Assembly (NCBI GenBank): GCA_951406725.2 | Contig: OX597814.1 | Coordinates: 114,700,001-114,764,000 of the forward strand | Direction of reading: 5' to 3' | Source of the DNA: Octopus vulgaris | Taxonomy: Eukaryota | DNA length: 64,000 nucleotides | Shown: piece by piece, positions 22,402 to 35,239 of the stretch | Layout: each line of letters starts with the position of its first letter | Numbering within the stretch: position 1 is the first letter of the stretch | The notes under the pieces: generated by a model | The model's database searches: none | Told to the model about the DNA's origin: nothing | Seen by the model: the letters and a program-made list of their open reading frames with translations, nothing else | Translations under genes and position numbers: made by a program

Positions 22402-25400
22402 AATGTTCAACTGGTTTTATAAATAACTTTATATAAATGCAAACAAATATACACGCAGGTATCTACGAGTCGATGAACAATCGAAAGTAGTGAACAAACG
22501 AACGAAAGTAGCACTCAACACGTTTGGTGTTAGTTGCATGTATATAAAGTTTCAAACGCGTGCATATGCACTCCTTCAAGTGTAAGGATAGGGAAAACTT
22601 CGTCACGCCTTCTTCTCAGACAGGAGAGTTTGGGATTATTGAAATTACACCCTCAAAATCAAACCAACTATCCTTGACAGGGCACTTCTTCACCAACGTG
22701 GAGCTCATAACTACCAACTGTGCCTACGTATGAAACTACAAATCCCACCAGCCTCTTAGTATCAATAAAAGGATAGACTTACTGTTGCCCCCAGAAGTGC
22801 CACTTTTAATGAACTTCAAAGATCTAGCCACCGATTACCCCTCCCACACACACTCATATATAATACTACCCTAAGCGTAGCTGAACCGTACAAGTATAGG
22901 TCATATAATCCATGCTGCCCATTTATGGTCTATAAACCACTCGCATTGGTTCCTTATTCTTAACTCTAAACACCACCATCAAATGCTGACTTTTACATAA
23001 TGGCTGCTCTTGTGTCCAGACTCCACAGAATAATGAGTGATCATGCTTTCTTCAACAAGTGCGAAGTGTGACAACCAATGTACGGTACTGATGGCGCTGT
23101 ATACACCACATTGCAGTCTGCAAACAAAGTGGACTCAATATCCTGCAAGCATTCTATTTCTGGATTTAAAAATACGGGAAATAACCGACATCACTTTCAC
23201 AACATTGCAATCACGTGACCATAGCTGGCACCAATAACAACCTAACTATCTAGAAGCTATTTTCAATTTCGTTTGAAATCTTTACTCAGCTTGAGATCTT
23301 TTTATTATTTTAAAATGGAGCAGGAGCAGTTGAGATAAAAGCATTGTGACCAATAAGATTATGTGCTAGGTGGCGAGTAAATGTTATAAGATTTTAGCTT
23401 CAGATTGATTTTTAACCTTGTTACTTATAACAGTTGGTCCTATTCTTCATATTCTGCAAAAATCCGTAGATTATACAGTGGCGTTGGAGAAAATATGGTT
23501 CGAATCTTGTTGAGGCAATTCTAATATCGAAGACTTAGCATGCCATATAATGTAGTTCGCTGGTGTGGCGAGAATACATGAGAAAACGGTACTTCAGCTA
23601 GTCATACAAACGTAGAGAAACAAAGGTAATGACATCTTGATCACTGAACCGAAATGTTCTGATGATCCAAGAACTCATTCGGTGAACTTTATTAATTAAC
23701 AATTAATCATTAAATCTCTAATATCTTAGGTTTGGTGAGAGGTTCTGTCGAGCAAAGATAATTTCTCTTTAAACATATTCTCGTTTCCAAAGAGAATGAT
23801 CGCAAATGATTCCTTATTCAGAAGCATATTGATTTTTCCACCTAATATTATCTTGCATAGGAAAGCAGACAGACATTCAGGTAGCAAGATAACAAAACAT
23901 ATCTCAGTTTGATGCCAACTAATATACTATAGGTTTATTATAAATATATAACGTTATTGAGGCATTGACGAAACCTAATAAATAATAGCAAAATTTTCCT
24001 CAAATTTCACACTACTTTAAAGAGGCTAAGACATATTGGCCAATATGATATATCGGAATAAAAAACGAGGTGGTAATATTTGGAGTAACTTTGATAATAA
24101 GTCAGATGTGCAGGGCTAAGCCTTGCACAACAACTTATGAAAATATTAAATGTCCTTTGATAATCTCAGGGAACGAATTAATTCTTTTTATACGCGCAAA
24201 CATTTCTCGCTGTAATTTTACACCGTTAAATTTTATGACCTAATCACAGTTTCAAATCGCGCCGTTTCATCCATTTGTCCTCAGAGCTAAAACTTCTTCG
24301 GTGTAGTGAAAAATGTTTTGAATTAGTAATAATTGTTTATGAATATTTGCATATCTATTCTTGACATGTCTAAGCAGCTTCAGATGTAAAATACGCTGGG
24401 CTCTGTAGTGCATGTCTTAGCAAAATAATTTCTTTCATTAAGACAATGGTGTGTTGAACACGTTCGTTTCATTGGCGCACAGCTTTCTGAGACACCGGTA
24501 TTTTTATATGTGTCTCGTCATCCAGAAGTAGCCGGAACTTTGAGACTAATCAAAGCCGCTGGCTTTGTTTATACTTTCACCGAAGAAACTTTTTGCTGTT
24601 CCGTGCTTATATCCAGCAACTGATTAAGAAATGGTTTTTGCAGCGTCTACAGAAAGAACAGGGATAGATATTTGCATATTTATTCTTAATTATTCGAAAA
24701 CTATAAAGTGAAATGTTACGTAAAACTTGACGACCAGTAATGAATCATCTTTATAATTTTTAAATATTATAACGCAGATTACCATATGCTTGTACGTTGG
24801 CCATAGCTATAGAGGGTTGTTTGAGTTTAAGCTTTCCTCTTAAGACAAAGAAAATGTCTCCGGATAGGTAATGAAAATAAACGATTGCATTTTGGTAACG
24901 AATGCATCATTCCACCGCCGAGTAAAATTCACGATTATCTCTCAGAAATGCCACCACTACCACCACGTGATGTTTATGGCAAACAAATATGAATTAATTT
25001 CTTTTCATAAATATATTTTTGAATTTCTAGAACAGAATGGAATTTGCTACTATATAATGAAAGTCACGTACTGCGATTACAAGAAACCATTCTCACGGAA
25101 AGAAAAGAAAAATTAAAAACGTTGAACTTCGGAACAAAGAAAGCGTTTTCAATTATTTATTGCTTTGTAAATATTTAACTTCCATCAAGTATTTATTGAG
25201 TGTGAATGAATATCACATAATGAATAATATGCAAAAATATCTAAGTTAGATATATGAAGAGAAAATTATGATTAAAACTAATACTGGATGCTGTGGGGAT
25301 AAATAAATTGAAATTTCAAATGTAGGCTTGGTTTTTAATGGCTTATTTAGAGTAGGAAAGGCAACTTCCATATTTTTATTTTTAAAAGCTTTCCTCACTA

Positions 25401-27364
25401 ACGGAGTACATTTCATTGCAAATATGAAGAGTAGATGTTCTCTCTTAGAGTAACTTCCTTCATTCCACCGACCAAAGAAGCTCAGTGACTATGTGGTGAT
25501 ATCAAATTGGATTACCGATCCAGGTTACCATTCCAAACAGACATGATCACTTCAAAAGGATTCCACACTGTATCCATATACTGAATTTCTATTACAAGTC
25601 TTTGGCTGACTCGAAGATATGGCTGACAGGCACTTAAACAAGGTGATTCACACAGGTATTGATTCCGAAATCACGTGGTTGCGTTACAAACTTCCTTTAC
25701 CACACAACTATGACTGAAATCAAAGCTACAGAAAATATGCGATTATTCGTAACTTCAACACTTTACATTTGTGTTTATCATTTTCCCTTTGACAGTATTT
25801 CAAAATGCTAGATGGAATAGTGTGATGTATTTACCTATAATTTTATAGTCTAAATTCAGATCACAGCAGGTTTGGCTACAGGGGTTGAACCCTGATGTGA
25901 TTAAGATATTCATAGCTGATGCAATATTTCCCTGAGGCACAAGAATAGTAAACATGTCAGATAGAAATTAAATTTATGTCTCGTACATATGTGAATATAA
26001 AACAGTTCAAGTTGTATTCGCCTTTAAAGAATATGTAGGCATTCGTATAAAAGATCGATATTACCTATAAATACATAAATTATCAGAATACCAAAATTTG
26101 TAGCGAATTTCCCAAATATTTTGCTACATTTATTTCCTCTTAAACATTTAAACAATTCGCAATGAATGCTCGTGATTTCACCTATGAACGAACTATCTGC
26201 TCATGATTGCAATATAACCTTAATGTAATAATCTGTTTATATGAAGGAACACATTTTGGCGCAAACTATTTCAGCTGACCAAGTTGATTCGAGAACAAAA
26301 ATGCTGTGCTACTTAGCGCATTTCTAATTCTGTCACCAGTGCTGTATGGATTCCTTGAGCAAGCAATATTTGTAACAACAACGCTTGAAAACTGACGAAC
26401 GTCCCATAGGCTTGCAGTTTGTAACTTACCCCAGCATTTTACATCCCTTAGAAAAACTATTTCTAAACCAGAACATTTGATATTGACTTTATTATAAACA
26501 TCGATTTTTGGTCACTTTGCTAAGAATGTCATATAAACTCACAAAAATCAAATCTTAATCTTTCGAAAATGGAAAGAATACGTTACTTAATATTGTTACC
26601 TTTCATCATAAATCTGCTCGTTCAGAAATGGCAATCAGCGAAATACCAATGAAAATATTCAGTACTATTAATCAGTTACAATTAGCTTTTCCAATTATTA
26701 AAGAGACATGTGAAACAATAACAAAACCAATTTATAAAATAGTATCACTACCTTAACCTAACAATCTAGTCCCACCGGTAAAATATCAATGTTAATTTAT
26801 CATACATTTTTATCTAACGATAGTTAAATAAGGAATTACATTATTATACTGAGACGGAAAGTTTTCCACTCAACTTAGTTCGATGTGTGAAGAAACACAG
26901 ACTATAATTATTGTTTATGATTATCTACAATCCAGAAATATAATAGAAAATGCATCATGAATGATGTATGACTTATATTCATTATTCATTCATAAAGTCG
27001 GTGAAAACATTGTCTGTCAACTACGACACGGGAATTAGGACCTCTTAGAATTACATTTGGCATAGGTATCAATGTCATATGTAGAATGCACACAGGCAAG
27101 CATTTCACACACAGACACTAACATACACAAATGAATTTATATTAGTACTAACGCACTCACGTACAAATTGTATATTTATTGTTGTATTGTGAATACTCTC
27201 TGTTACAGCCAGAATGAGTTGAATGTCTATCGCAGATCGTATGACTGAATTCTAATGTATAAGCATTAGATTCATAGCAAACGTAAAATGCGTGGGCAAT
27301 CAAAGAAAAGTGAAAAGAAGAAAAAAGATCTCAAATATTATATGCTTAAAAATTGTTTTTGTAA

Positions 27365-27503
27365 ATATGGTAAGAAGCTTTACTTCCCGATCACATGGTT
27401 TCGGGTTCAGTCCTACGGCTTGGCACCTTGTCTTCCATTATATCTTCGGGCCGACCAAAGCCTTGTGAGTGGTTTGATGGACGGAAACTGAAAGAAGCCC
27501 GTA

Positions 27504-27571
<68 letters not shown>

Positions 27572-27730
27572 TGTGTGTGTTTGTGCCTGAGTTTTTCCTC
27601 TTACTGCCGCTTGACAACCGGCGTTGGTGTGTTTATGTCTCTGCAACTTAGTGGTTCTGGAAAAAAGACCGATAGAACAAGACCGGTTTAAAAAATCACA
27701 TATTGGGGTCGATTCATTCGACTACAAATT
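27365..27730 (+). mobile_element. SINE family B with expanded internal (TA)n
   Basis: ggttcagtcctacggcttggcacc...gccgaccaaagccttgtgagtgg...gacggaaactgaaagaagcccg, then gcttgacaaccgg...ggggtcgatt. Confidence 0.88.
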
Positions 27731-27966
27731 CAAGAAATACGCATACTGATTGCTTGATAATGAAACATTTTGGCACAGTCGCTTTGGCGTCGCTGGTTCA
27801 ACATTAATTTATAGGACATCAGGCGTTTTAATATTTCTCATTATATCTCTTTCTCTGAGTGTGTGCCTCTTACTTTTTCTCTTTGTGTATTAGTATCTAG
27901 CTAATATATCATCTCTCTCACTTTCTCTGTTTGTGTGTGAATATCTAGCTATATTTGTATGCATGT

Positions 27967-28017
<51 letters not shown>

Positions 28018-30084
28018 TCCCAATTTCTTTACTTGTCTGTGTGTAGTTCTACGTTCGGGTGAGTGTGTTTGTATGTTTACCTCCAGTGTCAAAACGTACT
28101 GTCACAAAACTGGTTTAATGATCAGTTAGCCGTACCAAATTGTCCGCAGCCAAACAGCCGCTCCAAATTTTCTCCTTCGGTGATCACCCATGCATATATT
28201 TCAGCATGCCAATACACTCTTATGACATACGCAGCACAGTGAAAAGTTTATGACGTTCACTTCGCAGTCACAAAATCCTGGGTTCGGTTCCATTGCGTAA
28301 TATTCTTAACAAATGTCTTTTACCATAGACCCGCATTGACTCTAGCCCTGCGAGTGAAAATGTGTCGGGATATTGGGTGGAAACACGTCAAATGGTTTAT
28401 ACAAGTCATTCAAAGGCACAAACTTCTCATACACTGTGCTTGTAAATTAACGTAAGGTCACACATGTCTGCGGAATATTCAGCCACTACATGCTAAATCA
28501 ATAACTTTGGTACGCAGGTGATCTGACAACTTAACACTCAACGTTCAACGTGACGAAAGGTCATTTACATATGCAAATTAAATCACATACATATTTATGT
28601 GCTTGTGTGTGCGGATGTGCATTCGGAATATGGTTAATGTATGAATTATTCTTATCTTAAATATCGAACTGTACAATTATTTTGATCATATTTTTGAAAC
28701 ACTGAAAGTGAAATACAGAAAAATAACAGGAAGTAAATTTCTATGAGCTTCTTTTAACAAAACCAAGGCTTCGAACTAGTTTGTTTTTCCTCTACATAGT
28801 TTCTTCCATAAAAACCTATTATTACATCAATAATTTTGTTTATTTCTTGCTGAATATTCAAAGTACATGTCTATTTTCTTGGAAATATTGAAAATACATG
28901 TACACCAATTCCGTTTGTCTACGTAAAACTTTTCATTGTGTAAAATAATTTCTACTCTTTTTTTCTCTGTCTATCGATTAATGTGTATATATGTATTTAT
29001 ATTGTATGTCTTACGTGAATATATTTATATTTTGTGTGTTATGTATGATTACATATTACATATGTATATCTTGTGTGCAATACACACACATTCCGTTTGA
29101 GTATGTGTATGCGTATATAAATGGAGAGAGAAATTGTGTGTATTTTGTGTACGCCACTCAGTATGGCAAATGGCCTGCTTAGCTAAGATCATAGATGAAG
29201 TACAATACTGTAGGCTCAATTCTACTTCGCAGTAAATGCGTGAGATAATGACTAACACTACAATTAAGTAGGTTCATTAATCAAGTGACTGTCATACACA
29301 ACGTCCGAATCGACACAATGTTCATTTACTTTATACTATTTTAATATTCCAAGGCAGTGAGCTGGACGAAACGTTAGCACGTCGGGCGAAATGGTTTAAA
29401 CTTTAAAATATCAGGAAGATTCTTTGCTATTATCATTTACTTTCTTTATGAAGTTCAGCCATAATTGTATTAGATCGCCATCTGTTGTGAGTTATGTGGT
29501 CTCTGTAGAAAATAGATGTATAAAGTACTCTGAAAAGCTGATTTTCAACATCTCATTCGAAGACGTAGTCTATAATTAAAGCTAAGTTGATGAATCTGTA
29601 CCGCCTATAAATGTGTAGAGCCATTTTTTATGGCCATCAAATGCTGAGAAAATAGCGTCGATATAAAAAAATTAGATTAAAACCATAAAAGGTTTTTCGC
29701 CTCATATTTCATCATTCCTTAAGTACATACTATGTAAAGTAGCTCTAACATTATTCAAGCACCTAAGAGTTATAGAAAACGTGTTCTTCTCTCGATTGAG
29801 GTTGAACCTACAGCTACTACATTATCAGAAATGTAGCAACAGTTAACATTTTCACTGTGTATTCAGTCTTCAGTATCATCGAGAAATCAGCGTTTTAACC
29901 ACATCAAATCACGTCCATTCCTTTGTTGGAGGATTGTGACCACCTACAGCATGTCTCTTAACTATATAATGATGTCCAGCTTTCTTAGATGAACACATCG
30001 ACGTATGTAGGTTTTCAACATAGGATTAGTACTTTTCTACACCAGAGTTCTCAGACATTCTAATGTGATATAAAATGAGAAAAA

Positions 30085-30452
30085 AAAATGGCATCGGAGG
30101 GGTGGTGCATACTCTGTGCACACACAAGGATAAAATAAAAATTAATTTGATAAATATATTTTTAGACGAGTTCATATTTCAACAAAAGGACATCAAGGTA
30201 TATTTCCCCTGCTTATCGTTTATGCATTTCTAACAAAAAAAAAGCAAAAGATTTTGATGCCCCCCTTCCACCAGTTTTGAAGATATTCAAACCAAACTTT
30301 ATTGAGTTAAAACCACTCACCCATTGCGTATCTCTGCAAAATTTGGTGAAAATCCGTTCAGCCTTTTTCCAGTAATTTTGCAAACACACACAAACAAACT
30401 GACAAAGACAAGTGACTAGAGTACTCTTCTTTCGCTTACTCGAGGAGGATAA
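30085..30452 (+). mobile_element. Probable Helentron-associated (DINE-1/HINE-like) non-autonomous element
   Basis: caaaatttggtgaaaatccgttcag block followed by an (ACAA)-type microsatellite and a short terminal stem-loop; architecture only. Confidence 0.45.
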
Positions 30453-31787
30453 ATATGAAAGCGAAATTGTTTGTAGTACTTCTACTTTACATAACTCTTT
30501 ATAAAGAGCGAGATTTTCAAGTTCTGCGTCGGTCAGTAAGAGTCTTGTAATACCTACATTATTTGTTTCAGAACTGGTTTAAAAATGTGTAACTCATTTT
30601 CAAAGGTGGACGAATCAACAGAAACATATAAATACTGAGCATAGTATTAATACACCTGCATCTTGCATCTTAACTTGTTTGTATCAAGCATTCTACATTC
30701 TGTATAATGCTGTCAGGGAACATGTAAATATTCTTTTATGGTTTTGCTAAAAGAGGAAGGGTAGTGACAATAAACCTTTCCAGGGACTCTAAATATCACA
30801 TTTAATGGATTGTTGGTGCATAGCCTCAAGTCGGTCCTGATCGGAAAAACCTATGATTGAAGTAATTTATGCAATGACCATTACAACTTTTACCAGTCAC
30901 GGTGTACTCTAAATCACATTATCTAATGTGTCAGTATTTAAAAAATTTTGAATGTAATTTGAGAAGAATTGGCAGTTGGTTTTAGCAGGTTGAGTGATGA
31001 TATAGATTCATTCTCAATGGATCATGAAACGCATTAAAATTTCGACCTATGATCAGGCGGTTCAAATAGTGAATTTCTTTAAAAACACCCGGGAGCCTAC
31101 ATGCATGTAGACTATGAAATATTTTGATTTTCTTTATGCTGAAATTAGGACAGATTGGAACATGGTTAGTGATGTTAATCGGATTATCTTAGCAGCTTAA
31201 TAAATGTATTAGGAATGTGTTTTATATGTTAAATTTTGATTTTAAATGTTAAAAGTTGATTTTATTTCAGCATCAAATTTTATAGAGATTGAAATACTGT
31301 TTTTGGCCGTGAATGTTTTCGCTTCATAACTTTCATTATTAGACGAGTTGATGTAAAGTGCTGCTAGATTTCATTATTTAAATCGATATTTTAACTGGCA
31401 TAAAGATCAAGATAGGAGTTAACCTTTCCAAAAGCTGATTCTATTTTCACCAACGAATACTTTACACTTGGATTAGCAGTCATTTCTTAATCTAGATTTA
31501 ATTAGCATCAGCAAATTCACTAACGACTTTGGAATAACAAGGGATATCGAAGTATTTAACCGTATTTATTTAAATTTAAAAAAGAAAAAGCTGTTTGGAA
31601 CAAAGGCAAGTAGAAACCTCAAAAAACCCGCAACATGTGATTTCAAACTAATATGTTTCAATACAGGTATTACAGAAAAACGGATCTGCTGTATGGGGGA
31701 CATAACATTACAACTAGTACAAAATGACACGGACCAAGAGAAGTAATTACAACTTTGAGATTTTCTAGTCTCATGCTAATGAGTATA

Positions 31788-32313
31788 CAGTCAACTCTCG
31801 ACGATTGCGGGTATTACGTTCCAAAACCTCCCGCGATTGGTGAAAATCTACAGAGTAGATACAGGATTGTATTGTATATATTTTTTTATCATTTTTATAA
31901 TTGTATATATTTATTTTATTATAAATGCAAAACAATACCACACATTCGCCTCCCGACTTTCGTTTCCCATACAGTATGTGCGATTCTTTGTTTACTCATC
32001 TACGGTACTCTACGTATTTTCTTTTAATATATTTTAATTAATGTGTTATACGGTACAGTACTGTACTCTATTTTTATTTATTGATTTATCAATTTTTTTA
32101 GCGTGAAAATGCTTATTTTACCACAAAAATAATTAAAATCTAAGATAATATAAATACCTATCAGCTGCAGAAACCCGCGATATACTGAAGAGTCCGGGAT
32201 ATATATTTACATATATTAACCAGAAAAGTCTTCAATGTGCTGAGTGCGCAATAGTTGAACCGCGATGTACTCAGTGCGCGATAGATGAATCGCGATATGG
32301 CGAGGGATTACTA
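31788..32313. mobile_element. Tigger/pogo-like MITE
   Basis: TA-cagtcaactctcgacgattgcgg at left and cgcgatatggcgagggattacta-TA at right; repeated ccgcgat subterminal motifs; AT-rich interior. Confidence 0.8.
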
Positions 32314-32431
32314 TATTTAGATTAGCTGTTTCCCTAATGAGGATAACTGTAAATGGTATCTGATAAGACCTGCTTCAAATATTAGATAAATAAAAACTAT
32401 ATATTTACGAAACCATAAAATGCTGGTCTTT

Positions 32432-32475
32432 TACTAATTAAATTTATTATTTTTCTTTTGTCTTTTCAGGTGAGA
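32432..32475 (+). promoter_or_regulatory. Candidate recursive splice site (3' splice site directly followed by a 5' splice site)
   Basis: Branchpoint tactaat (32432-32438), pyrimidine tract ttattatttttcttttgtcttttc, AG (32468-32469), then GTGAGA (32470-32475); no AG for about 80 nt upstream. Confidence 0.6.
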
Positions 32476-32917
32476 TATATTTTCTATTATGAATCAGAAG
32501 AATACCTTTTTGTGCAGTGTGCAAAATATAAAACCAAGTATTGCGCTTAAGTATATACTGTGATTTCTAAATTAATTTGAAACATGTGTCTTAAAAAACA
32601 AATATTTGTTGATATTTTGATCATTGAAAAAAGAGACGTTGACCCTTATAAATTTACTATTGTATTTAAATAATAATGTATTTATGATTACAATTTCTTA
32701 TTGTCTGACTGTGTATATTATTGAAAATACTTTATATTCTCTGGATCTAAGAACTGCCTATAAATTATTAGAAAATAAAACATTTCAAAAGAATTGTTTG
32801 TTGTGAACTAGAACCATTTTAATTAGTCATATTTAACAGGTATATCAACGATCTTTGTGATAATTTCACTCGGCTATCAGAATGAGCACAATTCCTTTCA
32901 GAAAGTAAAATAATTGC

Positions 32918-32951
<34 letters not shown>

Positions 32952-33038
32952 ATCAAGCAAAACATTTTGTGGTAAATCCGTCATACCAAATTAACTCAGA
33001 TAATGTAAATGTAATTATGTAAACATATACAAATCATT

Positions 33039-33191
33039 TTTTACATTATTTACATTTGAAGGATATTTGTCCTCATCTTGTTTGTTGTTAACACAACGTT
33101 TCGGCTGATATAACCTCCGAATATCTGTCAAATGTAAATAATGTAAAAAGAAATGTACATAATTCCTCATCTCTTAAATATAGAACTGTAG
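33039..33191 (-). mobile_element. Truncated second copy of the 22090-22401 family, with inverted tail and 13-bp TSD
   Basis: Shares ttacatttga.ggatatttg...gttgttaacacaacgtttcggctgatata and the inverted caaatgtaaataatgta...cctcatctcttaaatatagaactg; TSD tatacaaatcatt at 33026-33038 and 33192-33204. Confidence 0.85.
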
Positions 33192-34374
33192 TATACAAAT
33201 CATTCTATAAAAATTTATTTGGATAAGTTCGTCCATTTTTGAATAATTAGTAAAAATTACTAGTCTCTATATACACCTATTAATTAATATCGTTAAGAAC
33301 TACTGATACATACTGCTATAGACATCTGGCTATGTTAAGCACCATAAAATTGAATTTATAATTGAAATATTCAGTGTAAAAACTTTATTATCAGAAAAGT
33401 CCAGTTAATTGATTGAAATCAATTTCTTTATTTTCAGTAATATTCTTTTGATAACACTTTACGTGAGCTGAATCCAAGATCCGGTTTCACTTCTCTGTTA
33501 AAGTAGTAACACTTTAAGAATTATGAAAGTTATATTCTTTCAGTTTATAATAGTTATAGTGTAAGGATTAAATAAGGGTTCAGGTTTTAGTTGATTTTTG
33601 TATATCAAGCTATTTTCTTCTCATTGAATTCATTGAGCGGTGGAGATGAGTGAAAATATTGTATATAGAGATGCAATGGGAAGGTACCTCTTTTGTCTGT
33701 GATATGAAGATTTAAACATTTTACAATTATCTGAAAATATATTCATATACCCAAATATATTCATATATATTTCCAATATATTATATTTCTAAATATATCA
33801 GTATATTTCACAAAATCTTTGAAGTTTTATTTAGAGATGTTCCTGATAATTGTACAAAATCAAGGTGAACTAATATGGTTGGAATTCTGCAGAAACTGTT
33901 TGTTTTCCAAGAGACTAAGCAATGACAATAGATAAAGTATTTATTAAAATCACTATTTATTTATTCATAGATATTTTATGCAGTATAGCTTACCAATTAT
34001 TTATTCGGTTTGAATAGGTTTTACAGTTACAACTGTCTGCATTGTTCAGTCTGTTGTTCAATTGCTTCTATTCTCGTTATGAATCTTCATTTTTTTTTAA
34101 TAAATTCTCCGGGGAATAAGGAGAATGTTCATGGATTTTGCTGTTCATTCATGGTTGGTGTGATTAACACAACACATACCCAGCCTGAACAACTTTAGCT
34201 CTTTAACTTTAGAAAAGCGCAGTAAGTCTGATAACAGGAACCATTTTCATAATGGAATTCGGGTTTCGACTCTTAACCATCATCTTCTGTAGTGTTATGA
34301 CAATTTATAAGAAAAAATATTTCAATCAACATAACTTCTATCAGAAATGTATTTGCCAATAACAGAAAGATGTA

Positions 34375-34645
34375 GTTGGTTAGCAAGCTACTTTCTACAC
34401 AACCACTCTTACGCCTACATGTAATAAAATATATGAAATTTGAAAATAAGCATGTAAAACTAATAAAATAACCTTCATTAAAAAGAAGTAACATATTTCA
34501 TAATATTTCGTTACTAAGTTCCAGAAAACAGTTTATGGGAAGGATAAAGATTTGCATGCAATGCTACGCAATTCCTAATCAAATAACCTTGCTCTCTGTT
34601 GTTTTTATAGTGTTTATTGCCCTGAACAATGCTAAAATTCAAACT
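34375..34645 (+). repeat. Local duplication, copy 1 (copy 2 at about 40462-41165, interrupted by a SINE)
   Basis: atgtaataaaatatatgaaatt...cttgctctctgttgtttttata...gaacaatg present at both loci with scattered substitutions. Confidence 0.9.
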
Positions 34646-35239
34646 TTTTGGGAAACAAATGTTAAAATACCGGTCGTGTAAGTGTATCAATGTATGTGCT
34701 GCGCTTTGAGACGGTGGTATTACATATGACCACCATGATTAGCAACTGAATAATTACGCATGAATGCTGTTTTATAATAAACTGTACTATGTATACTTTC
34801 ATTGAATAGGATAGTTTCACTTCTGGCTGAAATCGAACAATTCTCCTCCAGATTTGTACATAGCCATATAAGTGGGTATGTGATTAAGAAGATTGTTTGC
34901 GACTATGTGGTCCTGGGGTCCATATCACTAAGAATTACTTATGAAAAATATCTTATACCATAGCCCTGCGTCGAACTTGTGGATGAAATTTGGTTCACAG
35001 AAAATGTACTAAAGCTCGTATTATGTACGTAAGTACACACACGTATGTATACACACACACACACACACTTAACCCGCAGTTTAGCAGATATATAGCTGCG
35101 CGTGTGTATGTGTGTGTGTGTAATTGTTGTATGTATATATGGTAGTTGGTGAAATGTTTGGTAGTGCCCATCTCGCCAAACGTCATTGTTAAATCAATAA
35201 ATAGCACTCTGGATCAGCTGAAGAAAAACGTGGTTCTTT

